DNA of 64,000 nucleotides from Ascidiella aspersa. Lineage: Eukaryota. Below the pieces are notes generated by a model. It had not been told where the DNA came from and ran no database searches. It was given only the letters and a program-made list of their open reading frames with translations. Shown here piece after piece: positions 38,953 to 64,000 of the stretch; position 1 is the stretch's first letter; the number at the start of each line of letters is the position of its first letter. The stretch spans positions 13,764,001-13,828,000 of the forward strand of contig OZ004608.1 of NCBI GenBank assembly GCA_963924565.1. Direction: 5' to 3'. The position numbers and the translations under genes were made by a program.

Positions 38953-41900
38953 TTACACCAACGAAATCAGTTTCTGTCTGTTTGACGTTCTTGGCCAGTA
39001 GGTGTCGTCATCGCTCGACTCTTCGTCGCTCGAAGAGTAGTACACGAACATACCGCGGCTTGCTCTAAACCCACTGACATCCCGACCACCACCGAAAGAG
39101 GTGCCTGGCTGTAGCCCTGAAACCCCTTTGTCGTTGTACTCGGATTTGATAATGTCCAGGTGGCGACCGAGTTGATTGTGGTTCCTTGGCGTGTAGCAGC
39201 TGTACTCGGACGAGCTGCTGGCAGTTTCGACGCCTGAAAAGTAATAGCAGCCGAAGCCGCAGTCGACAGCTTTCGCATATGGCAAGGCCTCGTTGGAGCT
39301 AAAGGCGTGCGCCGTGTTGCGTGTGATTTTTCCACGATCCAAGCTGATTCGATGCATTGTTTGGCTTGTCTCGCGATACAGGAATGTTCTTCCCGGTGAA
39401 TGTTTGGCGAGAAGGATCGTGTCCGACACTGTCTTGCGAATTTTGAAAGCAACGTTTTCCTTGGGTTCTGCTGATAAGGTTTAAAAGCGTTTAGTTGAAA
39501 ATACAAAAGCATTAGCATGCTCTGAAGAATTGAAATTACTGAAAGTTATAAGTTAGTAAGAGAAAATTTATTTTGCAAACTGCGATGGTTTAACAGTAAA
39601 AATGGGCTTTTTTAATACCTTTTCTACTCGACATTTTGTGGATATCCGTTTTGTTTGTTGAACTCCTCCATAGGAACGACGCAAGTTGCTTGGCTCGAGC
39701 CAATTCTGCTTCCAAAGTTGCTATGACGTTTCGATCCTCTACCTAAACATTTCGTTTAGGTAAAAAGCTAACCCAAGGAATAAACATTGCATTTAGGTTT
39801 TTAAAAAGTAACAATTTAATTTTCTTGCTCGAAATAGGTATACGTCGGCTTAGTAGTGAACCAATGTCAAGAGCTAACGAAGTTTAATACGGTAAAACAT
39901 AGACAAGTAAAAGTAACGTATATTTTAAGAATTAGGCCTACACAAAAATTTTGGGCAAACTATAAAATAACCTTATCGGTAGACCGTAGCGCTGGGCGAC
40001 GGGTTTGTTGCAAAGGCCACAAATCCATATTTTTTAGGCTCTTCTTCGTTGAAGCGCTGATGCACAATCGCAAAACCTGCGGAAATGTCGTAATTGGTTA
40101 TTCTTACGTTTTTTTTTATTATTAAGGTAGTTTTGAGATCATTTACCGTTGGTTCCTTAATAAAAAGCGCGTATTTTGATAATCGTATCCTATGCACACA
40201 AACAATAACAAAGACTAGAATTTTAACTCATTAAACTATTTGCTGTATTCAAATTGACACCAATTAAATTGCTCTCACACCTCGCATATAATCATGCTAA
40301 AATTTGGAGCGATCGCCGTTAACGACAATATCACAAATTGGACCGTAGAGTTGTCTTCCGAAAACAGCGCCGAAGTAAGTCCGATAGCGAGAGAGCTCAG
40401 GGCAACTACTGAAGCCAGATAGACGATCTGCGAGTCCACGGCGGACGATCCAACTTCGCGTTTTATAGCCCATGACTGGTAGGACAAAACGGCAAGGACA
40501 AGAACCTACAGTATTACATAGATTCAAACGAAGGGTTGTACTAGTTTTTCGCAGTACAATAAATGTCGGAAAACACTTGAATGTCAAATTCCACTGGCAG
40601 AAGTGCCTCGCTGAGCTGAGATAATAAAGTTTTTTGAATTTTGAATTAAACATATTCACATTAGACATGTACTTTATGGTGACGGCATTATATGTAAAAA
40701 ATGTTGCTGTTCTGTAGTGATTTGCGGTACGAACAAACCTTGTAAACTAAAATTCCCACGGTCATGCCAACAGAAAGCAACGACGAATTCCGAAAAAGCC
40801 CTTTCGACGATGCTGCAAATTTGAAAAACAAATCACCGTTGAAACAAAACTCAAAATATCCCATTTTACAGCGTTTAAAATTGTTGTCTTGCCATTGGTT
40901 AGCCGACCATTTTCTTTAATAATTAAATATTTTGGTTAATCATTTATAGTTTTGTATTTGCCTGGTCACCAAGCAGGACTTAGAGGTATGCCAGATACAC
41001 AGTCTGTATGAAGGTGGTGATGTTGCGTCTTTAAGCCGCTTGGCTAGACTAAGGACTTCCAGCGGAACTATATTATTAAGGGACTTCGGACATAAGACCG
41101 AAATTAGAACATTAACGTCGGAATGAAACACAGTTTGGAATAACATCAAAATAGGACTTAAATAGTCGTAAAAACGACTTAATCGTATTTCTCAAAATCC
41201 TAATCTCGTCGAAATAAGAGAGATTTCGAAATAGCCTTACATCATAAATAACTTCCCTAAAAATTTAAACCTTCCCCCAATTTCCAACCCTACCTATTTC
41301 TCGCCCCTAACCCCAAGCATGGCAAAACAATCCGGTGGCTATACAGCAATGCCCCAACGGCGCCGTTCAAACTAAAGAACCCAAACGTCAATACCAAAAG
41401 CCGTACGAGACAGGTGTTCACCAATCGTCCCATATCCTCTCCCTACAGTTTTAAGAATTATTTTTTTCCATTTAGGCCTTTAAGTATTTAGGACTTATTC
41501 CGACAGGTTTAGACCTTGTTCAGACGATTTTAGATTTTAGATCTTATTCTGTTGTGGACATTTCTGCGTATTAGGTCGTTGGTCTTAATACTATGGTATT
41601 ATAGAACATTGTGCTTTAGGTATTCTTGCTTTCTTGGTCTTATTATGCGTTTCCGTCTTAACCTATACCACCCTCGTACTTTGACGTTGTGTTAACATAA
41701 TGGTCTTACCATTATGTTCAACGCACAGTCGCGCATCATGAAGCATCCAAATTACGATAACAACAACTTCTGCGGCCAAAAGAACTCCGAAAGTTGCTGT
41801 CACGTGTTCTTTTTTGCACATCTGTTAACATAAGAGGTTAGACACTGTCGCTTATTTAAGTCGTAAAACAAATTATTAACATTTTTGACGTTCTAGGATT

Positions 41901-43019
41901 CCGACTTTTAAATAACATAAGTTACTAATGTTGCAAAAATAAAATTACTAATTGGCGTCTGTCTCGATAAAAGCCTTTAGCAAGCTGTTTGTGGCCTGCA
42001 GGTCGTAGTTTGCCTACACTCTAAACAATACACATACTTTCGTAAGGACCGGTAAAAAGAGTTCCGTATATCATCAGTTAAAACGGAATATTCAGGTTCA
42101 ACAACCATGAAAAAAAAAATCTTACCCGAATCGGACGGTTTTCTCTTTGTTCTGTGCTCCCAGATTGCCAACACTGTACAGCCATTGAGCCAAACATAAG
42201 TGTAAAACCGATACTTTGAAGGCAAACTCCGATGCGACAGACAATAACAATTTCTTCAAGCTTCTACAAAAGGTGTCTAATGTACTTAGGCTACCGCAGT
42301 TCGGGTTTAAGTAAAGCAATTTGTTTTTTAGTTACGCACATCCCCTCGAAAAACAATTCCTAATAAAACGTAGTATGTTTGTTTAGAATTAGATTTTGTT
42401 CTAATAACTTAGTATGTTTTTTTCGTTTTTTTATTTAAGCGAAGAAAACAAATTGTTGAAACAACAGTATCTAAATAAATATATAGGCTATTTGTTTACG
42501 ATACGACATTGTAAAACACAGTTCTTGTAAAGTACTGCCTTCTGTAATCTATTCTAATTTTCTTCTAAATGAAGTTTGCATATTAAAAATATGTTTAAGC
42601 ACATGCTGACTTTACTAGGCCTACTGACATAAACAAAAACAAAAAAAATGATATTGAAGACATTAAATACTGCACGAGTAATTTATAAATGTACTTACAT
42701 ATAATATGGGGTCGACTGTAAAAAAAACTGAAGAGCCCAACAAAACTGGAGCAACGAATTGCAAAACAGAACCACTGAATACAACTATATTCATTATTGC
42801 TTTCGGCTTCTTTGAATACCTATCAAACGCAAATAAAATTACGTCACAAGTTATAAAATCTGTTTTAAACTTAACTTACCTGCAAATGTAGTTGGGTGAT
42901 TGATCAGCAAATGTTAAAACACCAAAGGCGATAACACCACTGACGCATATCACAACAACGATAAGGTATGCAGTCAAACTAGTCAAGTATTTGACACAAT
43001 CAACGGAGAACATAAACAT
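38953..43019 (-). CDS. Class C GPCR with 7TM domain only, GPR156/GABA-B-receptor-like
   Basis: Exons encode TM1 (YLIVVVICVSGVIAFGVLTF), PKAIMNIVVFSGSVLQF (TM2), VCRIGVCLQSIGFTLMFGSM (TM3), EVVVIVIWMLHD (TM4), GILVYKVLVLAVLSYQSW (TM5), TM6/7, a coiled-coil-like IATLEAELARAK and a Ser/Asp-rich tail. Start and last exon uncertain. Confidence 0.8.
41030..41660. mobile_element. Foldback-like interspersed repeat, copy 2
   Basis: Shares CTCTCCCTACAGTTT, ATTTAGGACTTATTCCGACAG and GTCGTTGGTCTTAATACTATGGT with 11430-12040. Boundaries approximate. Confidence 0.72.
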
Positions 43020-44650
43020 TTTACTGGTTCTATTTTTTACACAGGATCCATGTTGGACTTGATTTATTAAACATTAGCTATGCTATGAGGTTTATATGCT
43101 ACTGCCGTAAGAACTGAATCGTGGCACCTACGACTAAAAAAACAAACAATATTTATCTGAGAGGAGTTCACAATAAAACGATACGCTTAATTTATTGTTA
43201 AACGACAATAGCAAAACGCTCTAATAACACTCAGCTGCTATTGTCTGCGGCAAAATAATTTTTTCTGGGGACATTGGTTCTCAACTTGGGTTCAACAAAC
43301 CCTTGGCCCCGGCGTTCCGCAAATTACACAAAAAATGAGGTAATTTACTGTTGAAGAACAAATTACACCAGGAAAATTCATTATGATAAAATACAAATAA
43401 AAACAGTTAAAGTAAAAATTAGGACACAATAAGCTTAAGTATGGCATAAAATATATTATAATTTGGACCTACAGTTTATTATTGTACTGGCAGACGAACT
43501 ACTGATTCACATTAACAGAATATATATATACTATAATATAATATACAATTCATAATTGCTGGTACGTTTCCTAATTTAATATTTTGTTCGAGAACAGGGG
43601 TTCTCAAATTAGGACATGCTGCTCTTGAGTGGCGGGAAGGGTAAACGGGCAAATTAGTAGGCCTATCAAGTTTTGTCAGCAAAGACATTTTTTATAAAAC
43701 TGCAATCTTACACCTGCCATGTCTGTGACACTTTGTGTTAAATGTTTATATTATTGAAAGACCACGCGGGACAAAATTATGTTTGCTGGCATGGCGTATC
43801 TGTAAAAAATATTTTCCCGAAACGCCTTCGGGACTGTTCCGGCTTACTGTAGGCTTACTATATAACCACTCTGTGAAAAAACCTTTTGCGAAAACCGGGG
43901 CCAGTAGTTTTGATAAATGGCGTCAAAGAGATGAAGCAAAAAAATCTATATTCTTCCAAAGTGTGTTTCAGAAAGAAAGTTTCTGAACAATTAGGTTGTG
44001 TTTCAAAAGGTAAAAAAACTTTTGTTTTCAATGTGTTAGTTAGAGTGTACAACTGTACAACAATACAACGTTTTACTTATAGGTTAATATGTTTTTACTT
44101 ATAGGTTATTTTGTTATTTATTATAATCCTTCCAACAACGCCCATAGGCGGCTTAAGGCGCGTATAGTTTAAATAATGTCGTCAAGATTGAAGTCTTTTT
44201 CATATGTGCAAACAAACATTTATATTTTTAGAGTCTGAATAGCAGCAACATTCTTAAACTGACATTTCTTTAAGTTTGTGTTTTAACGCCTAAATTAAAT
44301 AACTTTAAATTCATTTTAGTCTTGTCTCGTCATAGAAGGTGTGACAAAGCCAATGTACTCCTTAAACCGGCAGGCAAATTATGCAAATTAACAAGTGTGG
44401 CATTTTTTTCTTTTTTAAGCTTGATTGCCTAATCTTGCGTGGGGCATGTTTTGACTGCGAGGAAGTTAAAAAAGGAAGTTGGGCTACTGCGTGGTTGCTT
44501 GTGGCCAAAAGTTTCTTAGTTACTTGCAAGTCAGAAACGGCAAGTTGCAGCAGAATCTGATGGTCCGAATTCGGTGGTAATTTGTCATTGTAGGTTAAAC
44601 CGTTTGGGTTTCCTGGATAACCAGCGGATATCCTTCATTTCGTTATTACC

Positions 44651-47600
44651 ATGAGCAACGTGCAAAGCTACAGAAAACACTCTAGGGCAGAGCGGTACAG
44701 GCAGCCTTCAGTAGACCAAACTGCACGACAAGAAAACTCTGCGAGGCGATCTAGCAGCAGCAACAGGGAACGAAGAGTGAGTAAACCAAACGAATTTGGA
44801 ATGGAAAAGAACGTTTCGAGTGACTCCAGGCGGCGTTCATCTTCATCTGCGAGAAATCGTCCTCCACAAACCCAGAACAGCAGTGGCTGTTGTAAAACGC
44901 CTTCATCCACTGTTATTATCTTGGTCAGTGTGCTGCTTGCCTGCGCCATTGGCGCTGGAATAGCCTACGGCATTTACTTTTTCATACAGCGCAGTGAAGT
45001 ACAATACGGAACAGTTTCGCACAACAAATCGTTGGAAACGACTGAAAGGGGCAACATACACCTCGTCGACATTCAATCCGGAGATTCTGGGGATTTTAAC
45101 AATTCAGCTGAAGAAGAAATTATTATACAAACTACCCCAACACCAAATGGCGGCGGTTGGTCATACTTTGTTTGTTATTTCATAATACTATTTTTTTTTC
45201 TCGCCTACAGTAAAGCGTACAACAGTGTATTAAATTATAACGGTGCAACCAATAGAAATTTTGTATAGGGCTATGTATAACCGGAGCTGCTTATGACAAA
45301 CAACACAACATTAAATTAATTTAAACATTGTAAATAGACCTATAGGTAGTGCTTTTTTGTTGCATTTAGTTGGAAGTTCCTTGTTTAGTGTCCTAACAAT
45401 AAGTTTCGTATAACATTATCAGTTTGGAATGTAAACAAAAAAGGCCAGCCTTTTAACGTCGGCGTTTCCCTGTTTCCTGTAAAGTTCATTTGACTGTTTA
45501 TAGTTTGGATCAACAGTGCGGACTGCGGAAAGCTTGCGCCTGGGGTTACCAACATATTTGACACGAATCGATTAAAAAGGGAAATCATTTACGACTTGCC
45601 CACCCCGGCTAAAATCGTTGGTGGAACTGATGCCGAAATTGACCAACACCCGTGGCAGGTAAGGTTTGAGTAAAAAAGTTATATTAAAATGTACAAAAAC
45701 AATCAAAACGTGCTGTTGCAATGATTACCTTTTTGATTAACCTTTTTTACGCCTTAAACTATTTGCTTGCTAACAGCTTGAAATGAGTTAGTTAATATTG
45801 TACCTTACAATAGTTAATGTCTGTATCAGTTAATTAAATAATGTTTAACTGTGACAATGAGTTGGAACTTCACTTACCCTTTATGAAACATAACTAAACT
45901 AAGTATGGCTAAACGTAAGTTGTGTTGTTCACACACTGAAACTTGTCATTTAATAAGTTTTTACAATTCATCAAACAAGTTATAATATGCAGAAACGTAA
46001 AAATAAAAATTTTATTTTAAATGGTGGATTTACTTTATGTAATTGTCTAAAAATGACAAATAAACAGTTAAGCACAATTAGTTCGTTTCAAATGAAGCCT
46101 ATAACTAAATATCTGTCGCGTATGGAAAAACAGGTGTCACTGTGGACTACAGCTCACACTTGCGGTGGAAGCATCATTGCCTCAAACTGGATTCTCTTTG
46201 CAGCACATTGCGCAGAAGCGTAAGTAATTCAAACGTCTATATTTTTACTTCATTTCGAGTCAAAATCACGTAAAACAAAACAAAATTGTGATCACTCGCC
46301 GAGTTGTGCATACAGTGTCCCAAAATATGTATACACAATAAAAATAATTGTAAACGTAGTATTTGGTCAATTTTTTTTATTTTATTTTGAAAGCGCAAGA
46401 ATATTTGCAAGTATAATTTTTTGTGATCTTCGAGCAATTTGATTATAATATTTTAAATTAATGTAAATAGCTAATAAATTTCCTGGTTTGCCATTGAGCA
46501 TGAATGTACCCAAATACCAAATGATATGTGTCATAATGTGTGCGATTCTATTGCTTTGCGATGTCAGCAGTGCCTGTGTCAAAGTGGACGTCAATTTGAG
46601 AACAAGCAGTGAAAAAACAAAAAAAAGATACTTGATTTTCTTGCACTTTTATTATAAAAAAAATATAATTAAACACTACTTTACAATTATTTTTATTTTG
46701 TATACATTTTTTGGGACACCCTGTAAAACAAAATTGTTAATATGGCGCCTCGTATTTGTTTTCAGCTTCCCAGAGGCCTCGGAATGGACAGCGTACGCTG
46801 GCGTCAGCGACAGAAATTTGATGCAGGCCATCGGTCAAAAGTCTAAGGGCGTCGAGCTAATATACCACAGTGCGTTCACCACCGCCACCTACGATAAGGA
46901 CGTTGCTTTACTTCGCCTCGAAACGCACTTCAAGATCACCGCATCTGTACGGCCGGTGTGCCTGCCGTCTTCCGATTTCAATTTACCGCTAGGATCTGTG
47001 TAAGTTGGGCCAGCTGGAAAGTTTGTGTGGGTGTTTGTGCTGTCATTAGCTAAACAAGGTGTGTATATAAACACAACTAACACAACGGTAAAAATGTGAT
47101 CGGGAAGAATACGTTGTCAATTTTATGTACGGATACTACAAATAGTTGAGAACCTAATGTACTCATTTTAATACCTTTCGGAGACCTTGTAAAACTAAAG
47201 CTGTTCCATCCCGAAAGAATGTTTAATTCGAACAGCTAATAAGTTGCTGTAATTCAGGGCATGTCCCAAAATATTTTTAGTAACACCAATAAAAAGCTGC
47301 TGACATTTGCTCCTCATTTTAGTTTTGTTTTTTGATGAAAATAGACTGTTCTTTGAAACGTTGAGTTTATTTCTTCCTAACGCAAAACGATAAACGGTAT
47401 ATGTGGGCCCTACACTATCAAACGCTTTTAGCTACCGACGTAAGTTTGTCTGCTACGGGTGCAAGTATGAAACCACAACTGTTTGCTTCACCAAGAATTT
47501 TCTAAACTTGGTCCTTTATAAACACAGCTGTCAAATCTCGGGCTGGGGCGCTAAGACGGAGGGCGGCACACTCCCCACCAAACTGCAGATGGCTCTGGTC

Positions 47601-49596
47601 GAAACCATTTCGACGGTCACTTGCAACACGGACGACTGGCTCATGGGCATGGTAACAGATGTCATGTTTTGCGCTGGCACCGTCGATGGAAGCAGGGACG
47701 CTTGCCAGGTAATAAAAAGTTTACATCTCACAAATATTGCCATTGCTTGGTAGACATCACGCAATGTTGTAAACAAGTCATTTTGCAATGACTCAAGTCC
47801 CAGTCAAGTCATTTGAAAAATACCAAGTCAAGTCCCAGTCCAAGCCATTGGTTGCCCAAGTCAAGCCATTATGAGGGAAATTCAACTTCGAGTATTGTCA
47901 TTGACATAAAAGTAAATTGTTGAACTATTAAAATTGGTTAACTCGTCCGATTATAAGCAACAATTTAACTAAAAACAAAATGACTTCTGTTCAAGTCAAG
48001 TCATTTGTCCAAAACACTTAAGTAAGTCAAGTCGAGTCATTTCGGTCAAGGAACTTATGTCAAGTCAAATCGTTTAAAAACAGTGACTTAAATCAAGTCA
48101 ATGGACTTAAGTCCAGTCAATGCAGTCATTTACAACACTGGCACCACATTCACGTCTTGGTTTGTTAAACGCAAGAAGGTTTCCAACAGTATATACCGCA
48201 TTATGCAACACAACTTGCCGTTTGCCAACGTTTACTGTGAATTTTTGATTACTGTTTATTGAAATGTATACGAAGCTTAGGTGTAGCTTAGTTTGTTTCA
48301 CCCTTGTTAATCGCAATAATTTTATTAATATCTAAGATGAATGCGATATTGTCCAGTTTACATCGTTATACCAACGCTGTGTGCACCCTCCTGTTTATTA
48401 AGTCATAAAAGTCCAATTTCCTTTACAAACAAAGTAGCTACGTCAGCTGGGTTACGTCAACTATCGTGACTACAGCAACTTCCCCTAAGTTGGATTTCCT
48501 GTTCAGCGCACTAGCGTGTAACTTATTCATTCATTAGACCAGCACACGCACAATTGTTTAATACTGATACGCGGTCGCAATATTATCTGCAAACATTACA
48601 TTGCGGTTTTGCCCTCTCCACACTATAGTGAAGAAGTGATTATTAAACTGTGTCCCGCCTTACACATTGTGTGCTTCGGCCGATTTATAAGTGTGGCGCG
48701 TAACCTTTCGTTATTTTAAAAATAACGTATTTGTAATATAAATCAAAAACAGCTTCTCTGGTAATTTTAATACTTGCCAACGTTTCGGCAACCTATGCAA
48801 GCCGCCTTCGTCAGGGTGAATGACACTGAACGCTCGTACAATAAATAACGTTTTTGTGTTAGAAATAGACATGCAGCCAAGCATTTGACACTTTAATACA
48901 CACTATCCATCATAAAACTGATAATATTAAGACATTTATCCAGTGTCTTGCCATGCAGCAAGGGTGATTTTAAAGTAAAATTGTTGTTTTAGAGAAATTG
49001 TGTCGCCAATATTTTCTTTTTTACTATGACACGCGTTAAAATTTTTAAGAAACACTGGTATGGTTTAGATTTCTTGTGGCTTGTAGTCGAAGCCAAGCCA
49101 TTATGTTTTTAAGTGCAACGAGTTACACTTTGAAAGAAATGCAACGAGTTACACTTTGAAAATCATTTTGTTAAGATAATGACTACATTTCAATTGTAAT
49201 TGATTGACATATTCAGTGAAGATTAAATTTACGCACACTTTTGGCGTATTTATTCCTTTGGCACTGCGTTAAAAAGTACATAGTTCTTAAAAAAGTTAGT
49301 GTCATCAGATAGAGCCATTTGTGGCTTATAAACTATCGGTTTTTCTTTTCTGTCGTCGCATTTGTTGTTGGCCGCAAAGCTACTATCAAACTAACATACA
49401 CTCATTTATTCGTTAGGGGGATTCGGGTGGTCCTCTGACCTGTTTCGACCAAGACACGAAACGATTTTACCTGGCGGGTGCTGTGAGCTGGGGAATCGGC
49501 TGCGGTGAACCATTCATGCCGGGGGTCTACACTCGTCTGACCAAATTCGCCACGTGGATTAAAGATCACATGACCGAGACCGAGGCAAAGTACTGA
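44651..49596 (+). CDS. Type II transmembrane trypsin-like serine protease (TMPRSS/hepsin-like, short stem)
   Basis: Basic, Ser-rich cytoplasmic tail, CC, and TM ([25 protein letters not shown]); DCG...K|IVGG...PWQVSL; CGGS..AAHC; DVALL; PVCLP; SGWG; DACQ|GDSGGPL; SWGIGC; PGVYT; stop TGA at 49594-49596. Six exons. Confidence 0.93.
47329..47365 (+). ncRNA. Heavily degenerate hammerhead motif (Penelope-like relic)
   Basis: TTT-TTGATGA-A-AATAGA[CTGT]TCTTT-GAAA-CG-TT-GAG. Spacing is right but the stems are eroded. Confidence 0.35.
47762..48140. mobile_element. MITE with AAGTC subrepeats
   Basis: TIRs CAATGTTGTAAA and TTTACAACACTG with internal (C)AAGTC arrays; related pieces at 20855-21258, about 51075-51215 and about 58015-58160. 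Confidence 0.82.
48773..48820 (-). ncRNA. Minimal type I hammerhead ribozyme motif (Penelope-like)
   Basis: Minus strand: CC-CTGACGA-A-GGCGGCTT[GCAT]AGGTTGCC-GAAA-CG-TT-GG. Intact core, 8-bp stem II, palindromic AACGTT stem III, and only 2 firm pairs in stem I. Confidence 0.72.
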
Positions 49597-50435
49597 GGAG
49601 TCTCGCATCGTTTCAGATCGGCATGTTATTTATGTTTGTGAAGGTTCCTTTTTTGACGAGATGCCAATATCGTATTACGCTGTGACTGTGACTGTTTCTG
49701 TAACAAGCATTTGAAAGAACCGCCTGCCTGGCAGAAATCCCATCCGTGTCCTGTCTGCACAAACTGTGAGCTTTTGGGTTGTAAGTTCGTTTTTCATTAA
49801 TATTTTTTTGTTATTTATTTAAATAAACTTTAAACTAAATTAATTGTCTGAACTTAGATCAGCGTTTCTCAAAGTCATTTAGCTCGTGGCCCGCCAAGAA
49901 AAACTACAAGAATTTCCCGTAACACTTTATACAAACAGTGATAACAAAACCAAGTTTTTTAAGTATATAGTCTGCCTTCATGTTTCGCACGAGTGCTTGC
50001 TTGCCTTATATGAATGGATTATTTTGATATATATTAGGAAAAGCTTCGCGACACACCGCTCGAAAATCGCTGGTGTAGTTGACTCTTCACAGACCGAAAC
50101 TCATTACCAGTCGATGAGATTAGCCGTGAGCACGTTAAGAGATTAGCCGTGAGCACGTTCAAACCTTATAGACAAGTGGAGATAGCCGTATTTAACCCTG
50201 CACTACACACCCAGTCGCACTTTGCAATATTTTTTATTTTCACTATATTTATAGCCTAACTACTGTACATCTAAGCTGTGAGGCTAAGCTAAACCATTCA
50301 TGTCACCAACTGTTTTGGACGTTTAGGAAACACACAAATACGTTTATTGTTGTAATTACAGTACACAGCAGTAACAACTTGCATTGTAGTTGCGAGGCGT
50401 TCAGCATTAATTTATTTCTTTACTCCAGCGTTATT

Positions 50436-64000
<13,565 letters not shown>

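Noticed and set aside
47762-48140. CRISPR-like array of AAGTC repeats
   Set aside because: Eukaryotic context; the repeats are 5-10 bp, irregularly spaced and enclosed by TIRs.

Overview
Eukaryotic, AT-rich, intron-dense animal DNA. The gene set and compact GT-AG introns suggest an invertebrate chordate such as an ascidian (inference). From left to right: (1) a full-length but disabled BEL/Pao LTR retrotransposon (1045-8722; 5-bp TSD TCAAG; LTRs end TG...TA and carry tandem intron-like units), probably inside an intron of (2) a large minus-strand gene (ATG at 29963, traceable to about 9990 and probably off the left edge) for a secreted or cell-surface mosaic protein: signal peptide, AbfB-like region, C-type lectin, pentraxin/LamG, PKD-like and repeated CARDB-like Ig modules; (3) a divergently oriented, stop-interrupted fragment with the same type of repeat (about 31969-34412, +); (4) a ZDHHC1/11-like palmitoyltransferase (-); (5) a 7TM-only class C GPCR, GPR156/GABA-B-like (-); (6) a type II transmembrane trypsin-like serine protease (+); (7) the 3' part of an ABCB1/P-glycoprotein gene (-). 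Introns hold many non-autonomous DNA elements. The most notable hidden signal is a set of minimal type I hammerhead ribozyme motifs of the Penelope-like-element kind (at 48.8, 56.6, 57.9 and 60.2 kb, with degenerate copies at 16.1 and 47.3 kb). Two of them are paired with an inverted duplicate of their own 3' tail. Exon boundaries were assembled by eye and are approximate.
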